A stretch of 64,000 nucleotides of DNA from Oscillospiraceae bacterium (GCA_051866775.1 JBJDXR010000038.1:175-64174), one strand, 5' to 3'; positions 7,234 through 16,482 are shown, counted from the stretch's first letter. Notes: generated by a model from the letters alone, not told the origin. A program made the numbers and translations.

Positions 7234-8385
7234 ATGATATTACTAAAAGGCGGACGGATACATAACGCCATAAATCCCGAGCCGTTTATCGGAAGCATAC
7301 TTATTGACAACGGCAAGCTCACTGCCGTCGGAGATGTCTCCGATGTCCCGGCAGATGCCCAGGTCATTGACGTCACAGGTCTTGATGTATATCCCGGCTT
7401 TGTGGAGGCGCACGGACACATCGGACTATCCGGCTACGGCATTGGCTATGAGGGTATAGATTATAATGAGTCGAACGCCATCGTAAGCCCGCAGCTGCGC
7501 GGCATAGACGGAGTAAAGCCAATGCAGCCCACATTCGCCAGCGCCTCACAGGCCGGCGTCACCAGCGTCTGTATCGGCCCGGGCAGCGCAAACGTCCTGG
7601 GCGGCACCTTCACCACTATAAAGACAGTCGGCCGCTGTGTGGATGACATGGTGATCCGCGACGCCGTAGCAATGAAATGTGCTTTCGGTGAGAACCCCAA
7701 GCGCTGCTACCGTGACAAGACAGACTCCTCCCGTATGACCACGGCATACTATCTGCGCGAGGCGCTCTTTGCAGCCAAGGACTATATGGCCCGCAAGGAG
7801 GCGGCGCGCGGCGATATCGCAAAAATGCCGCCTTACAACATGAAGTGGGAGGCTCTTATCCCCGTTCTTAAGCGCGAGATTCCTCTCAAGGCCCACGCAC
7901 ACGCCACGGAGGATATTTTCACCGCCCTGCGCATAGCCAAGGAGTTTAACCTTAAAATCACCCTTGAGCACGTGACCGAGGGGCACCTTATTGTCGACGA
8001 GCTTCGCCGTGCCAACGTTCCCCTTGCCGTTGGCCCGACTCTCACCGACGCCTCAAAGTTCGAGCTTCGCAATAAGTCCTGGACCACACCCGGCATTCTC
8101 GCCGCAGCGGGCTGCCAGGTGTCCATAATCACCGACTCCCCTGTTATACCTCAGGAGTACCTGCCCCTGTGTGCAGGACTGGCTGTCAAGTCCGGAATGG
8201 ATCCCTTCGCCGCGCTTCAGGCAATAACCATCAACCCGGCCAAACACGCCGGCATCTCCGACCGTGTCGGCTCCCTTGAGGTGGGCAAGGACGCGGATGT
8301 GGTCGTGACCGACGGATGCCCCTTTGAGGTATCCACCGAGGTAAAATACGTCCTTATCGATGGCAATGTTATAAGAAAGCCTTGA
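7234..8385 (+). CDS. Amidohydrolase-superfamily protein (metal-dependent hydrolase, substrate unknown)
   Basis: GGGAGG RBS. N-terminal beta-sandwich leading into GFVEAHGHIGL (HxH metal motif). C-terminal GSLEVGKDADVVV block typical of the family. Confidence 0.85.
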   Translation: MILLKGGRIHNAINPEPFIGSILIDNGKLTAVGDVSDVPADAQVIDVTGLDVYPGFVEAHGHIGLSGYGIGYEGIDYNESNAIVSPQLRGIDGVKPMQPTFASASQAGVTSVCIGPGSANVLGGTFTTIKTVGRCVDDMVIRDAVAMKCAFGENPKRCYRDKTDSSRMTTAYYLREALFAAKDYMARKEAARGDIAKMPPYNMKWEALIPVLKREIPLKAHAHATEDIFTALRIAKEFNLKITLEHVTEGHLIVDELRRANVPLAVGPTLTDASKFELRNKSWTTPGILAAAGCQVSIITDSPVIPQEYLPLCAGLAVKSGMDPFAALQAITINPAKHAGISDRVGSLEVGKDADVVVTDGCPFEVSTEVKYVLIDGNVIRKP

Positions 8386-8400
8386 GGGCTTGTATACAAA

Positions 8401-8438
8401 GCTGAGGGTTCCCAAATGGGAACCCTCAGCTTTTTTTT
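8401..8438. terminator. Intrinsic terminator between convergent genes
   Basis: 13-bp stem GCTGAGGGTTCCC/GGGAACCCTCAGC, loop AAAT, then T8 on the + strand. It also lies just past the stop of the minus-strand gene ending at 8454. Confidence 0.85.
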
Positions 8439-8453
8439 GCGTATAATCGTCAC

Positions 8454-9104
8454 TTAAACACAACCATATGGGTGCTTCTCGCCGGCCTGCGGATTCCATT
8501 TATACTTAAACAGCAGCCCCTGTTCCGCCATGGAATACTGCTGCAGCTTGGAAATATCCATTTTCGTGTGCTCCGCCATGCTGGCAAGATACTCCATAAA
8601 AAGCTCCCCGCCGCCATAACGGGATATCTGGAAAATTTCCTTCCAGACAGGATCGGGTAAGTCCTTTTCGTGGCTGTTGTAGTAATGCCATTCGGCCTCG
8701 TCCCATATTTTTGTGATCTCCGAGCACAAAAACGCCTGGTGGGATATGTAATAGTCCTTCCCCTCCGTGAGCAGCACGTTCTTCAGATTAAAATACCATG
8801 CACGCACATAGTCCGGCCGGCAGAGCCGCTCAATTGAGGTCTGCTTCAGAATCATAGATTCATACATGAACATATTTGTTGCCTCTGTCGAAGAAAAACC
8901 AATGAATTCCAGTCTGCGCAAATACTCCTTTCGATAAGCTTCCTGCCAAGTCTTTTTAAAAAACGCCACCAGCTGGCCTGTCATGAGGTCCGGTGATATC
9001 TCCTGTTTTTCCCTCTTCTCCCCCGAACCGCTGTTCTGCTCCTGTCTTGCAGATTCCTCTGACGCTTTACCGTTACTTCCGAACAGTTTTTTGAAAATAC
9101 TCAT
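8454..9104 (-). CDS. Hypothetical protein, 216 aa (disordered S/E/K-rich N-terminus, helical remainder)
   Basis: GGGAGG RBS 4-5 nt upstream of the ATG. Last gene of a tightly spaced three-gene minus-strand block. No family recognised. Confidence 0.7.
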   Translation of the reverse strand: MSIFKKLFGSNGKASEESARQEQNSGSGEKREKQEISPDLMTGQLVAFFKKTWQEAYRKEYLRRLEFIGFSSTEATNMFMYESMILKQTSIERLCRPDYVRAWYFNLKNVLLTEGKDYYISHQAFLCSEITKIWDEAEWHYYNSHEKDLPDPVWKEIFQISRYGGGELFMEYLASMAEHTKMDISKLQQYSMAEQGLLFKYKWNPQAGEKHPYGCV

Positions 9105-9145
9105 GCTAACCTCCCGTTATGATATCTCCGTGGCTTTTTCCCGGA

Positions 9146-9697
9146 TTAAATCAATATATCCCCCATATGTTTTGACTCCAAATGCCCTTTTCTCGGGCAC
9201 GCCTTGTCGGAGGGGTATCCAAATATCAGTAAGGAAACCGGCTCCAAATGATCCGGCAGCGAGAATTCTTCCTTCATCCTCTGGGGGTCCCAGAACATAA
9301 CCCATATTGATCCAAGCCCCAGGTCCGCCGCCTCCATCATCATATGTGTCGTGACGATACTGGCGTCTATATCGCCGCTGCTCTTCCCGTCAAAGGGACG
9401 TATCCAGCACGCCTTTTTGTCATAGCAGACAACAAACGCCGCCGGCACGTAATACTTGCTGGGTATGACCCGGTTTAACCGCTCCCTGTCCTCGTCAGAT
9501 TGAATCAGATAGAGCCGCTGCGGCTGAAAATTACAGGCGGTAGGAGCTGAAAGCGCCGCATCAAGAAGTTTATCGATTTTTTCTTTCTCCACCGGTTTTC
9601 TGTCATACTCCAGCACAGAAAACCTTTTATGTGCCAACTCAAGGAAATCCATTGCATCTATCACCTCACCTCGCATTATATTCTCTTTGCTGAACAT
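9146..9697 (-). CDS. Nitroreductase-family protein
   Basis: RFSVLEYDRKPVEKEKIDKLLDAALSAPTACNFQPQRLYLI and GLGSIWV blocks are typical of FMN nitroreductases. The start may instead be the internal ATG at 9676. Confidence 0.85.
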   Translation of the reverse strand: MFSKENIMRGEVIDAMDFLELAHKRFSVLEYDRKPVEKEKIDKLLDAALSAPTACNFQPQRLYLIQSDEDRERLNRVIPSKYYVPAAFVVCYDKKACWIRPFDGKSSGDIDASIVTTHMMMEAADLGLGSIWVMFWDPQRMKEEFSLPDHLEPVSLLIFGYPSDKACPRKGHLESKHMGDILI

Positions 9698-9706
9698 AGG
9701 CTGAAG

Positions 9707-11509
9707 TCAATCATAATGAAACTGCGCCGTCACATATGGCATAATCAAGCTTAGCAGTGCTTCTCCTCCATGCTCTTTCACATACCGAATCATAATTTCA
9801 TGAAAATATCGATTTTCATCTCCGGAAACATACAGTTTTTTCCTGATCTCCTGCTCTGCCTGAAATTCATAGTGAGAATCGGAAGCTGCTTCTCTATCAA
9901 GCGAATATTTATCAAAGCTTCCGTTTTCATAAACAAATACAGACAAAAACCATAGTCCTTTTTCATCCAGTTGAATTTGCAGGTGCCATTTATGCAGGGA
10001 CTTATCCAATCTGGCAGATTGTGCCCCGGGAACTTGTCCTCTGGGGCGTCCCTCCTGCGCCATCATATGATCAAGGGTGTACCGGCTGCCGGCGGAAGGC
10101 TTTTTCTCCGCCTTCTCCAAGGCCGCCTGCCCGTTTTCAGGGTAAAGCCAGGCACTCATCAGGCGATACAGATTCCCATCTGCAATTGCGTGAGAAATCA
10201 GCGAACCGTTGCTGCCATAATCCGATCGGATTTCAACGAAGATACCGTGAATCAAATCTGCCTTTGTACCAGTCAGTGCAGACTCCAGCGAATATGCGGA
10301 ATACGGCTTCCATGCTAAAACTTCCGGCATAAACCCAAGCGCATAGGCCTCCTTCACGAAACCTTCATAGATCATCTTTTCTAATTCACGGTGGGTTGTG
10401 TTTTCCCTATAAGCCGAATAATTGCGGCACCATTGATTCAGTTCCTTATCCTGATACAGAACTTTCATCAGAACGATATACTTACTGCAGAACGCGGTCA
10501 TTGCCGCCTCCATATCCGCTGTTACCGGATCAGAGGAAGCGGCGCTGTGCTGTATGGAGGGAACGACCCAGTCTGTCCAATATTTCTTGATTTCCTTCCG
10601 ATTCAATATAGAGGTACACCCGCCGACACGATAATAAGTTCCGGCTCTTTGCCAGCACACCTCATGAAATTCGTCAGCAATCTTGACAAACTCTTTTGGG
10701 AGATATGCCATCGCCTGTTTTTTGATTTCCAGCATGGATGGATCGAATCTGTTATAAACCCAGCCATCATACCGTCCCGTCTGCACAGCGTAATAGACCC
10801 ACGCAATCGAACCGGTTATGGCTCCCGTGGTATCGCAGTCTCCGCCGATGGAAATCACATTTCGAATGGCGTCTTCAAAGTTCTCCGATTCCAAAAATGC
10901 AACGATAGCCTGCGGAACCGATCCCTGACAGGAACCGTCAAATCTGTAAGTTTCCCGTATGGAATCGAGCGAGAAATCCACATTATAATAGTGTTCGCTT
11001 ATGTACTGTCTGATTTCTGCCTTTGACTTTCCCGCTTTTGCCAGAAACACTGCGGTGGCGACAGCCTCCGCTCCTTTGACCCCCTCCGGATGATCATGTG
11101 TGACGCAGGCACTGGCACGCGCCAAGGCCTGGGCTTCCTCTATCGTAACTGCCGCCAGCCCACAGGGGGAAACACGCATTGCAGAGCCATTTCCATAACT
11201 TCCGTAGGGCTTGGGCTTTGCCTGGTGGAGCCACTTTGCAAAGTTTCCACCATAAGCTCCTGTCGGATGGGGATATCTTCTCCCGAAGTCCTGCATCACC
11301 TCAACCAGAAATTCCCGAAAGCCTTTCCCCATCTCGCTTTTCTCAAACTGTTCTCTCCTGCTCAATAGAATTGCTTTTGCCACCGCCACTGTCATGATCG
11401 TATCATCAGTATAATCACATCCCTGTGAAAACAGCGGAAATTTCTTTGTTTTGATGTTATGAAATTCGTATTTTGACCCGACGATATCACCAATAAAGGC
11501 ACCGTACAT
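9707..11509 (-). CDS. ADP-ribosylglycohydrolase (ARH/DraG family) N-domain fused to an uncharacterised C-terminal domain of about 300 aa
   Basis: N-terminal MYGAFIGDIVGSKYEF, CDYTDDTIMT, GNGSAMRVSP and IGGDCDTTGAITGSIA motifs match the ARH metal-binding signature. I could not assign residues from about 300 to 600 to any family. Confidence 0.8.
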   Translation of the reverse strand: MYGAFIGDIVGSKYEFHNIKTKKFPLFSQGCDYTDDTIMTVAVAKAILLSRREQFEKSEMGKGFREFLVEVMQDFGRRYPHPTGAYGGNFAKWLHQAKPKPYGSYGNGSAMRVSPCGLAAVTIEEAQALARASACVTHDHPEGVKGAEAVATAVFLAKAGKSKAEIRQYISEHYYNVDFSLDSIRETYRFDGSCQGSVPQAIVAFLESENFEDAIRNVISIGGDCDTTGAITGSIAWVYYAVQTGRYDGWVYNRFDPSMLEIKKQAMAYLPKEFVKIADEFHEVCWQRAGTYYRVGGCTSILNRKEIKKYWTDWVVPSIQHSAASSDPVTADMEAAMTAFCSKYIVLMKVLYQDKELNQWCRNYSAYRENTTHRELEKMIYEGFVKEAYALGFMPEVLAWKPYSAYSLESALTGTKADLIHGIFVEIRSDYGSNGSLISHAIADGNLYRLMSAWLYPENGQAALEKAEKKPSAGSRYTLDHMMAQEGRPRGQVPGAQSARLDKSLHKWHLQIQLDEKGLWFLSVFVYENGSFDKYSLDREAASDSHYEFQAEQEIRKKLYVSGDENRYFHEIMIRYVKEHGGEALLSLIMPYVTAQFHYD

Positions 11510-11643
11510 CCCTTTTTACCTCCCCATTAAACCCCTTCATATTCTTAACTGACAGCAATATAATAACTTTCAATACCGGGCTTATGGTCACTTGCTGAGC
11601 GACTTTTTGCCAAAAGGATATTTATATGCGAGGAAATTTCAGC

Positions 11644-11905
11644 TTATACCATTCCAAAATACCCCAACGCCGCTGTAATTGCTTTTTCTTTCTCCGGCAG
11701 GCACTGCGGTTGCCGGGCGTTTTCGGATTTGGCTTATTATAGTTTTTCGTTCAATGATGCCGCATTTCTGTTTCACCTGTGCAATATACAGAGTAGATAC
11801 CTTTAATCCGGTCTGCTCCAGCACTCGCTCCCTGATTTGTTCGTAAGTGCCTCCCTGCTGAAATCCAGAGGTATACAGATTCTCCAGCAAGAACTCTACA
11901 CGCAC
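11644..11905 (-). pseudogene. Frameshifted remnant of the C-terminal extension of the RlmD/RumA-type methyltransferase
   Basis: Track ORF 11639-11905 (RVEFLLENLYTSGFQQGGTYEQIRERVLEQTGLKVSTLYIAQVKQKCGIIER) continues the rlmD ORF if the A5 run at 11906-11910 were A6. Two further -1 shifts (A5 run at 11743-11747 and near 11733-11735) are needed to reach ...AKSENARQPQCLPEKEKAITAALGYFGMV* ending at 11644. Confidence 0.6.
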
Positions 11906-13275
11906 TTTTTCGAGTGGATTTCTCCCTTGGAAAGAAGAACAACCGTCTCCACATGCGCTGTCCGGGGGAACATGTCCACCGCGCAGGCGCGCACAGCCTT
12001 ATACCCCAGCCCGCCAAAAACCTTCAGGTCCCGTGCCAGCGTCCCCGGGTCGCAGGAGACATACACCACGCGCTCCGGCTCCATGGAGGCTATAAGCTCC
12101 GGAGCCTCCGGTGACAGGCCCTTTCTGGGCGGGTCCACCACCACTACATCCGGCTTAAAGCCCTCCTGAAGGAGCTTATCCGTGAGCTTTGCCGCATCTC
12201 CGCACAAAAAACGGACATTCCTCACCCCGTTATTCACGGCGTTCCTCCGAGCATTTATCACGGCGCTCTCCACGATCTCCACGCCCACAGCCTCTTTCGC
12301 GCCTCTCGCCAGACACAGTGTTATGGTCCCGGTGCCGCAGTAGAGATCCAGCACCTTTTGAGAGCCGTCAAGCCCGGCAAACTCCAGCGCCTTGGTGTAA
12401 AGCTGCTCCGCCTGATCCCGGTTTACCTGATAGAAGGCATCCGGTGCCAGGCGGAACGTAAGCCCCATAAGTCCGTCCTCAATCGTCCCGCCGCCCCAGA
12501 TCGTCTCGAACTCGTGTCCGAGGACGGTATCTCCCGGCTGGGCGTTGATATTCCTCATTATGCTGACCGTCTCCGGACAGGCCTCTAAAATCAGCCTTAC
12601 AAGCTCCCCGGATTCAGGGAGCGCCCCTTTGCCCGTGACGATCACTGCCTGCCCCTGACCGGACCTCTCGCCATAGCGGCAGCACACCCGCCGGACACCG
12701 CGGCCCGTCTGCGCGGAATATACCGGGACGCTGTACGCATCCATATAACGGCGCACAGCCGCGGCAGCCCGTGCGGCGTAATCGGACTCTATGACACAGC
12801 GGTCAACCGGCACTATATCGTGGCTGCGCGGGCGGTAAAACCCCGTGACGGCGTGGCCGTCCACGCTGCCCACAGAGCAGATCGTCTTGTTTCGGTAGCC
12901 CTCCACACTTTGCGCTCCCAATATCTCCTCGACCGGAAGCTCGACTCCGCCGATCCGCCGGAGGGCATCCTCGACCTTCTGCCTCTTAAAACGCAGCTCC
13001 TCTGGGTAGTCCATATGGCGGAGGGCGCAGCCGCCGCACTTTCCGAAAACGGCACAGTCCGGCTCCGCCCGATGCGCTGAGCACGTTAAAATTTCCTCCA
13101 CACGGGCATAGGCCGCGTTTTTCCCAACCTTGAGCAGTCGGATTTTCGCGGTCTCCCCCTGGAGCAGACCCTTAACAAAGACGACTCGTCCATCTATCCG
13201 GGCAACGCCATCCCCCTCAGAGGAATAACCGGTGCAGGTCACCTCATGTATCTGGTTTTTTGCAAGCTCTGGCAT
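11896..13275 (-). CDS. rlmD: 23S rRNA (uracil-5-)-methyltransferase RlmD/RumA family (TRAM domain, Fe-S cysteine cluster, SAM methyltransferase domain)
   Basis: N-terminal TRAM-like segment, then the cysteine cluster CAVFGKCGGCALRHM. Methyltransferase motifs LDLYCGTGTITL and VVVDPPRKG are present, followed by the YVSCDPGTLARD block. Confidence 0.9.
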   Translation of the reverse strand: MPELAKNQIHEVTCTGYSSEGDGVARIDGRVVFVKGLLQGETAKIRLLKVGKNAAYARVEEILTCSAHRAEPDCAVFGKCGGCALRHMDYPEELRFKRQKVEDALRRIGGVELPVEEILGAQSVEGYRNKTICSVGSVDGHAVTGFYRPRSHDIVPVDRCVIESDYAARAAAAVRRYMDAYSVPVYSAQTGRGVRRVCCRYGERSGQGQAVIVTGKGALPESGELVRLILEACPETVSIMRNINAQPGDTVLGHEFETIWGGGTIEDGLMGLTFRLAPDAFYQVNRDQAEQLYTKALEFAGLDGSQKVLDLYCGTGTITLCLARGAKEAVGVEIVESAVINARRNAVNNGVRNVRFLCGDAAKLTDKLLQEGFKPDVVVVDPPRKGLSPEAPELIASMEPERVVYVSCDPGTLARDLKVFGGLGYKAVRACAVDMFPRTAHVETVVLLSKGEIHSKKCV

Positions 13276-13287
13276 ATCTCAATCCGA

Positions 13288-13316
13288 ACAAAGCCGGGGA
13301 AACTCCCCGGCTTTGT
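13288..13316 (-). terminator. 13-bp stem-loop between the clp and rlmD genes (weak or no U tract on the transcribed strand)
   Basis: ACAAAGCCGGGGA-AAC-TCCCCGGCTTTGT. On the minus strand it is followed by ucggauug, so it may be a processing or stability element rather than a terminator. Confidence 0.35.
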
Positions 13317-13326
13317 ATTTCCTTTC

Positions 13327-15642
13327 TTATATCGCTAGTATCGTGACCACTCCATTTTCCGCAGTTACCCCTATGCGTTTGATGTCCCGGTCATAATTGT
13401 CCACCAGTTCCGCGGCTATCTTATCCTCGATATCCTTTTGGATAGTGCGGCGCAGGTTTCTTGCGCCGTACTCGACGGAGTAGGACTTATCTGTAAGGTA
13501 ATCGATCACGCTGTCGTCATAGGTAAGCTCCACCGCCCGTTCGGACATGGCATCATGCAGCTCCTGCATCATGAGCCGTGCGATATTGCGGAAGTTATCC
13601 TCCGTCAGGCGGTTAAAGTATACCACCTCGTCAATACGGTTAATAAATTCCGGCCTTAAAAAGTCCCTAAGGGCCTTCATGGCCTTATCCTTATCCATAT
13701 CGTTTACCGTACCGCCAAAGCCCACTGTCCCTGCGCCCTTACGGTCGCTGCCTGCGTTTGTGGTCATTATAATTATGGTGTTCTCGAAGTTCACCGTCCT
13801 GCCATGGGCATCCGTTATGCGGCCGTCATCCAGTATCTGAAGCAGGATATTCATTACATCCGGATGCGCCTTCTCTATCTCGTCAAAAAGTACCACGGAA
13901 TATGGCCTGCGCCGTATCTTCTCTGTGAGCTGTCCAGCCTCGTCATAGCCCACATACCCCGGTGGCGATCCGATGATGCGGGATACGGAGAACTTCTCCA
14001 TAAACTCCGACATATCAAGGCGTATAAGCGACTCAGGCGCGTGGAACATATCCTCAGCCAGGCGCTTTACAAGCTCGGTCTTTCCAACACCGGTAGAGCC
14101 GACGAATATAAAGCTCACCGGCTTGTGCTTGGGCGAGATGCCCACCCGGTTGCGCTTTATGGCGGCGCAAACAGCGTCCACAGCCTCATCCTGACCGACT
14201 ATATGCTCCCGCAGGCGCGCTCCAAGTTCGGACAGCTTCTTATGCTCATCTTCACGGATGCTTGAGGCGGGTATCTTAGTCCAAAGCTCGATTATACGTG
14301 CGAAATTATCCATCCCAAGCTCCGGCACGCCCTCGCCCTGAAGCCTGAGCTTCTCATCCGATATGGTTATCTCCCTTCCGCGAAGCTTCGCAAGGCGGGC
14401 ATAGTCCTCCTCCTTATAAGCTGCGTCACCCTCCGGCCGCTCCAGTAGCATCTCCCGTTCCTTGGCAATGTCGTCAAGCTCCTTGTCTATCTCGGCAAGG
14501 CGGGCATAGTTTTTGTTCTTAAGGTTAACATCGGAGCAGGCCTCGTCTATAAGGTCGATAGCCTTATCCGGAAGGTACCTGTCCGTTATATAACGCTCTG
14601 AGAGCAGCACCGCCTGACGGCACATGGCATCCGGTATGCGTACACCGTGATAGTTCTCGTAGTAGTGGGCGATGCCCTTGATTATCTTTATGGAGTCCTC
14701 AATGCTCGGTTCGGCAACCGTTACAGGCTGGAAGCGGCGCTCAAGGGCGGAGTCTTTCTCTATGTGCTTGCGGTATTCCGCAAAGGTAGTGGCGCCGATC
14801 ACCTGGATCTCTCCCCTTGACAGGGCGGGCTTCAGAATATTCGCGGCGTTCATGGACCCCTCCGCATCTCCGGCACCCACAAGATTGTGTACCTCATCGA
14901 TCACAAGGATTATATTCCCGGTCTTTTTAATCTCCTCGATAAGGCCCTTCATGCGGGACTCAAACTGACCGCGAAACTGCGTGCCGGCAACCAGCGAGGT
15001 TAGATCAAGCAGATATACCTCCTTATCCCTGAGCTTATAGGGCACATCCCCGGACTCTATCCGCTGGGCAAGGCCCTCGGCAATAGCGGTCTTTCCCACG
15101 CCAGGCTCACCGATAAGGCATGGGTTGTTCTTCTGTCGGCGGTTGAGTATCTGGATAACACGCTCCATTTCCTCATCCCTGCCGATTATCCTGTCCAGCT
15201 TGCCCTCTTTCGCTCTGGCCGTCAGGGAGATGCAGTAATTATCAAGATACTTGCGCTTCTTGTCCTTCTCTCTCCCCTCACGTCCGGGGCGTTTTTCCGG
15301 CGGCTTGGAGGCCCCAGGATCGCCTCCGGCGCTGTCCGGACCGTTAAACAGCTTGCTCAAAAACGGGAAGGTTGCGGTTTTGCCGTCCTCATCATTGCCG
15401 TCGTCCAGAGTGTCCGGAAGCTCCTCCGCCCCACCGAAAGCCTCAAGCATCTCACTGGAGATGCCGTCAAGGTCATCATCCGTGATTCCCATCTTCTTCA
15501 TTATATCATCTACGGGCTTAATATTAAGCTCCTTGGCACACTTAAGACAGAGTCCCTCGTTTGTTGAGACCCCGTTTTCTATCTTTGTTATAAATATTAC
15601 CGCCACATTTTTGTGGCAGCGGGCGCAAATTGTTGGCTGCAT
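13327..15642 (-). CDS. clpE: Clp/Hsp100 AAA+ ATPase, ClpE-type (N-terminal zinc ribbon instead of Clp_N repeats, two AAA+ modules)
   Basis: The N-terminus has CxxC-x22-CxxC (CARC...CLKC). Walker A motifs GEPGVGKT and GSTGVGKT are present. A VGF tripeptide sits in the expected ClpP-docking loop (GAGTVGFGG). AAGGAGAG RBS. Confidence 0.75.
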   Translation of the reverse strand: MQPTICARCHKNVAVIFITKIENGVSTNEGLCLKCAKELNIKPVDDIMKKMGITDDDLDGISSEMLEAFGGAEELPDTLDDGNDEDGKTATFPFLSKLFNGPDSAGGDPGASKPPEKRPGREGREKDKKRKYLDNYCISLTARAKEGKLDRIIGRDEEMERVIQILNRRQKNNPCLIGEPGVGKTAIAEGLAQRIESGDVPYKLRDKEVYLLDLTSLVAGTQFRGQFESRMKGLIEEIKKTGNIILVIDEVHNLVGAGDAEGSMNAANILKPALSRGEIQVIGATTFAEYRKHIEKDSALERRFQPVTVAEPSIEDSIKIIKGIAHYYENYHGVRIPDAMCRQAVLLSERYITDRYLPDKAIDLIDEACSDVNLKNKNYARLAEIDKELDDIAKEREMLLERPEGDAAYKEEDYARLAKLRGREITISDEKLRLQGEGVPELGMDNFARIIELWTKIPASSIREDEHKKLSELGARLREHIVGQDEAVDAVCAAIKRNRVGISPKHKPVSFIFVGSTGVGKTELVKRLAEDMFHAPESLIRLDMSEFMEKFSVSRIIGSPPGYVGYDEAGQLTEKIRRRPYSVVLFDEIEKAHPDVMNILLQILDDGRITDAHGRTVNFENTIIIMTTNAGSDRKGAGTVGFGGTVNDMDKDKAMKALRDFLRPEFINRIDEVVYFNRLTEDNFRNIARLMMQELHDAMSERAVELTYDDSVIDYLTDKSYSVEYGARNLRRTIQKDIEDKIAAELVDNYDRDIKRIGVTAENGVVTILAI

Positions 15643-15725
15643 AAGTCTCTCCTTAATAAGCTGACACTGATTTTACTGACTGCAATTTTCCTTTAATATA
15701 TTCACGAATGCCGCCCTTATCCCGG

Positions 15726-16451
15726 TCATATTCCCAGTATTGAGGCAAGCTTGTTTGACTCCGTCAAAGGCTCCAGTATCCACGTCTTTGATATCGTCTC
15801 CTCCGGAATAAGAAGCCCAAGATATCTGCATATACAAGTTATAGCTATTATTAGCATTATTCCCTTAATAACTCCCAAGGCCGCGCCGGTGATGTGATTG
15901 AGGTTTTCATGTCCCGGAAGTCCGAAGGACAGGTCAAATATATTTCCGATCACGGAGAATACAATGGCAATAAGTATAAACGCAATGGTAAACACTGCCA
16001 CAAAGCATATCCTCTCACAGAGGATGTTCGTAAGATCATCCGTCATTGCCGTACCCACACGGTCGTTTAAAAGCGCCGTCTCCTGCGCCATTCCCTCAGC
16101 AGCGGAGGAGGAAATACCCAGGCTAAGCAGTATATCCATGCTGACGGTGTAGACATCCAGCTCCTCATAGATCACACTAACTGTCACGGCGGGGGAGTTC
16201 TCAAGCTCGTCAAGCTCCTCCTCATCCATACCTGTGGCATCTGCCAGCGCACCGTCCACAATCCCAATGGCAAAGGGCTTCAGCATCCCGGTGAACTCAT
16301 CTGAGTAAGCCGTAGCCACAAGGTTCGCCCCATAGATAGCTATGATTACCGCAACTATGCCGCAGATCCCGTTTATTATACCGGTCCGGAAACCACGCCA
16401 CCCGCACAGCAGCACTATCGCCGCAAGCACAAGGTCAAGGATGATGCTCAT
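15726..16451 (-). CDS. cvpA: CvpA-family membrane protein
   Basis: The internal ATG at 16451 has a GGAG RBS and gives MSIILDLVLAAIVLLCGWRGFRTGIINGI, the typical CvpA start. The track's 5' extension to 16544 would overlap the upstream gene. Confidence 0.75.
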   Translation of the reverse strand: MSIILDLVLAAIVLLCGWRGFRTGIINGICGIVAVIIAIYGANLVATAYSDEFTGMLKPFAIGIVDGALADATGMDEEELDELENSPAVTVSVIYEELDVYTVSMDILLSLGISSSAAEGMAQETALLNDRVGTAMTDDLTNILCERICFVAVFTIAFILIAIVFSVIGNIFDLSFGLPGHENLNHITGAALGVIKGIMLIIAITCICRYLGLLIPEETISKTWILEPLTESNKLASILGI

Positions 16452-16482
16452 AGTGTTGTTTCTCCTTCGTAAAAGTCGGCGG

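Noticed and set aside
11751-12169. Track ORFs 11751-12017(-), 11837-12169(+) and 11914-12114(+) around the rlmD 3' end.
   Set aside because: They are alternative frames of the rlmD gene and its frameshifted tail. Only the frames listed in the features give the conserved methyltransferase and tail sequences.
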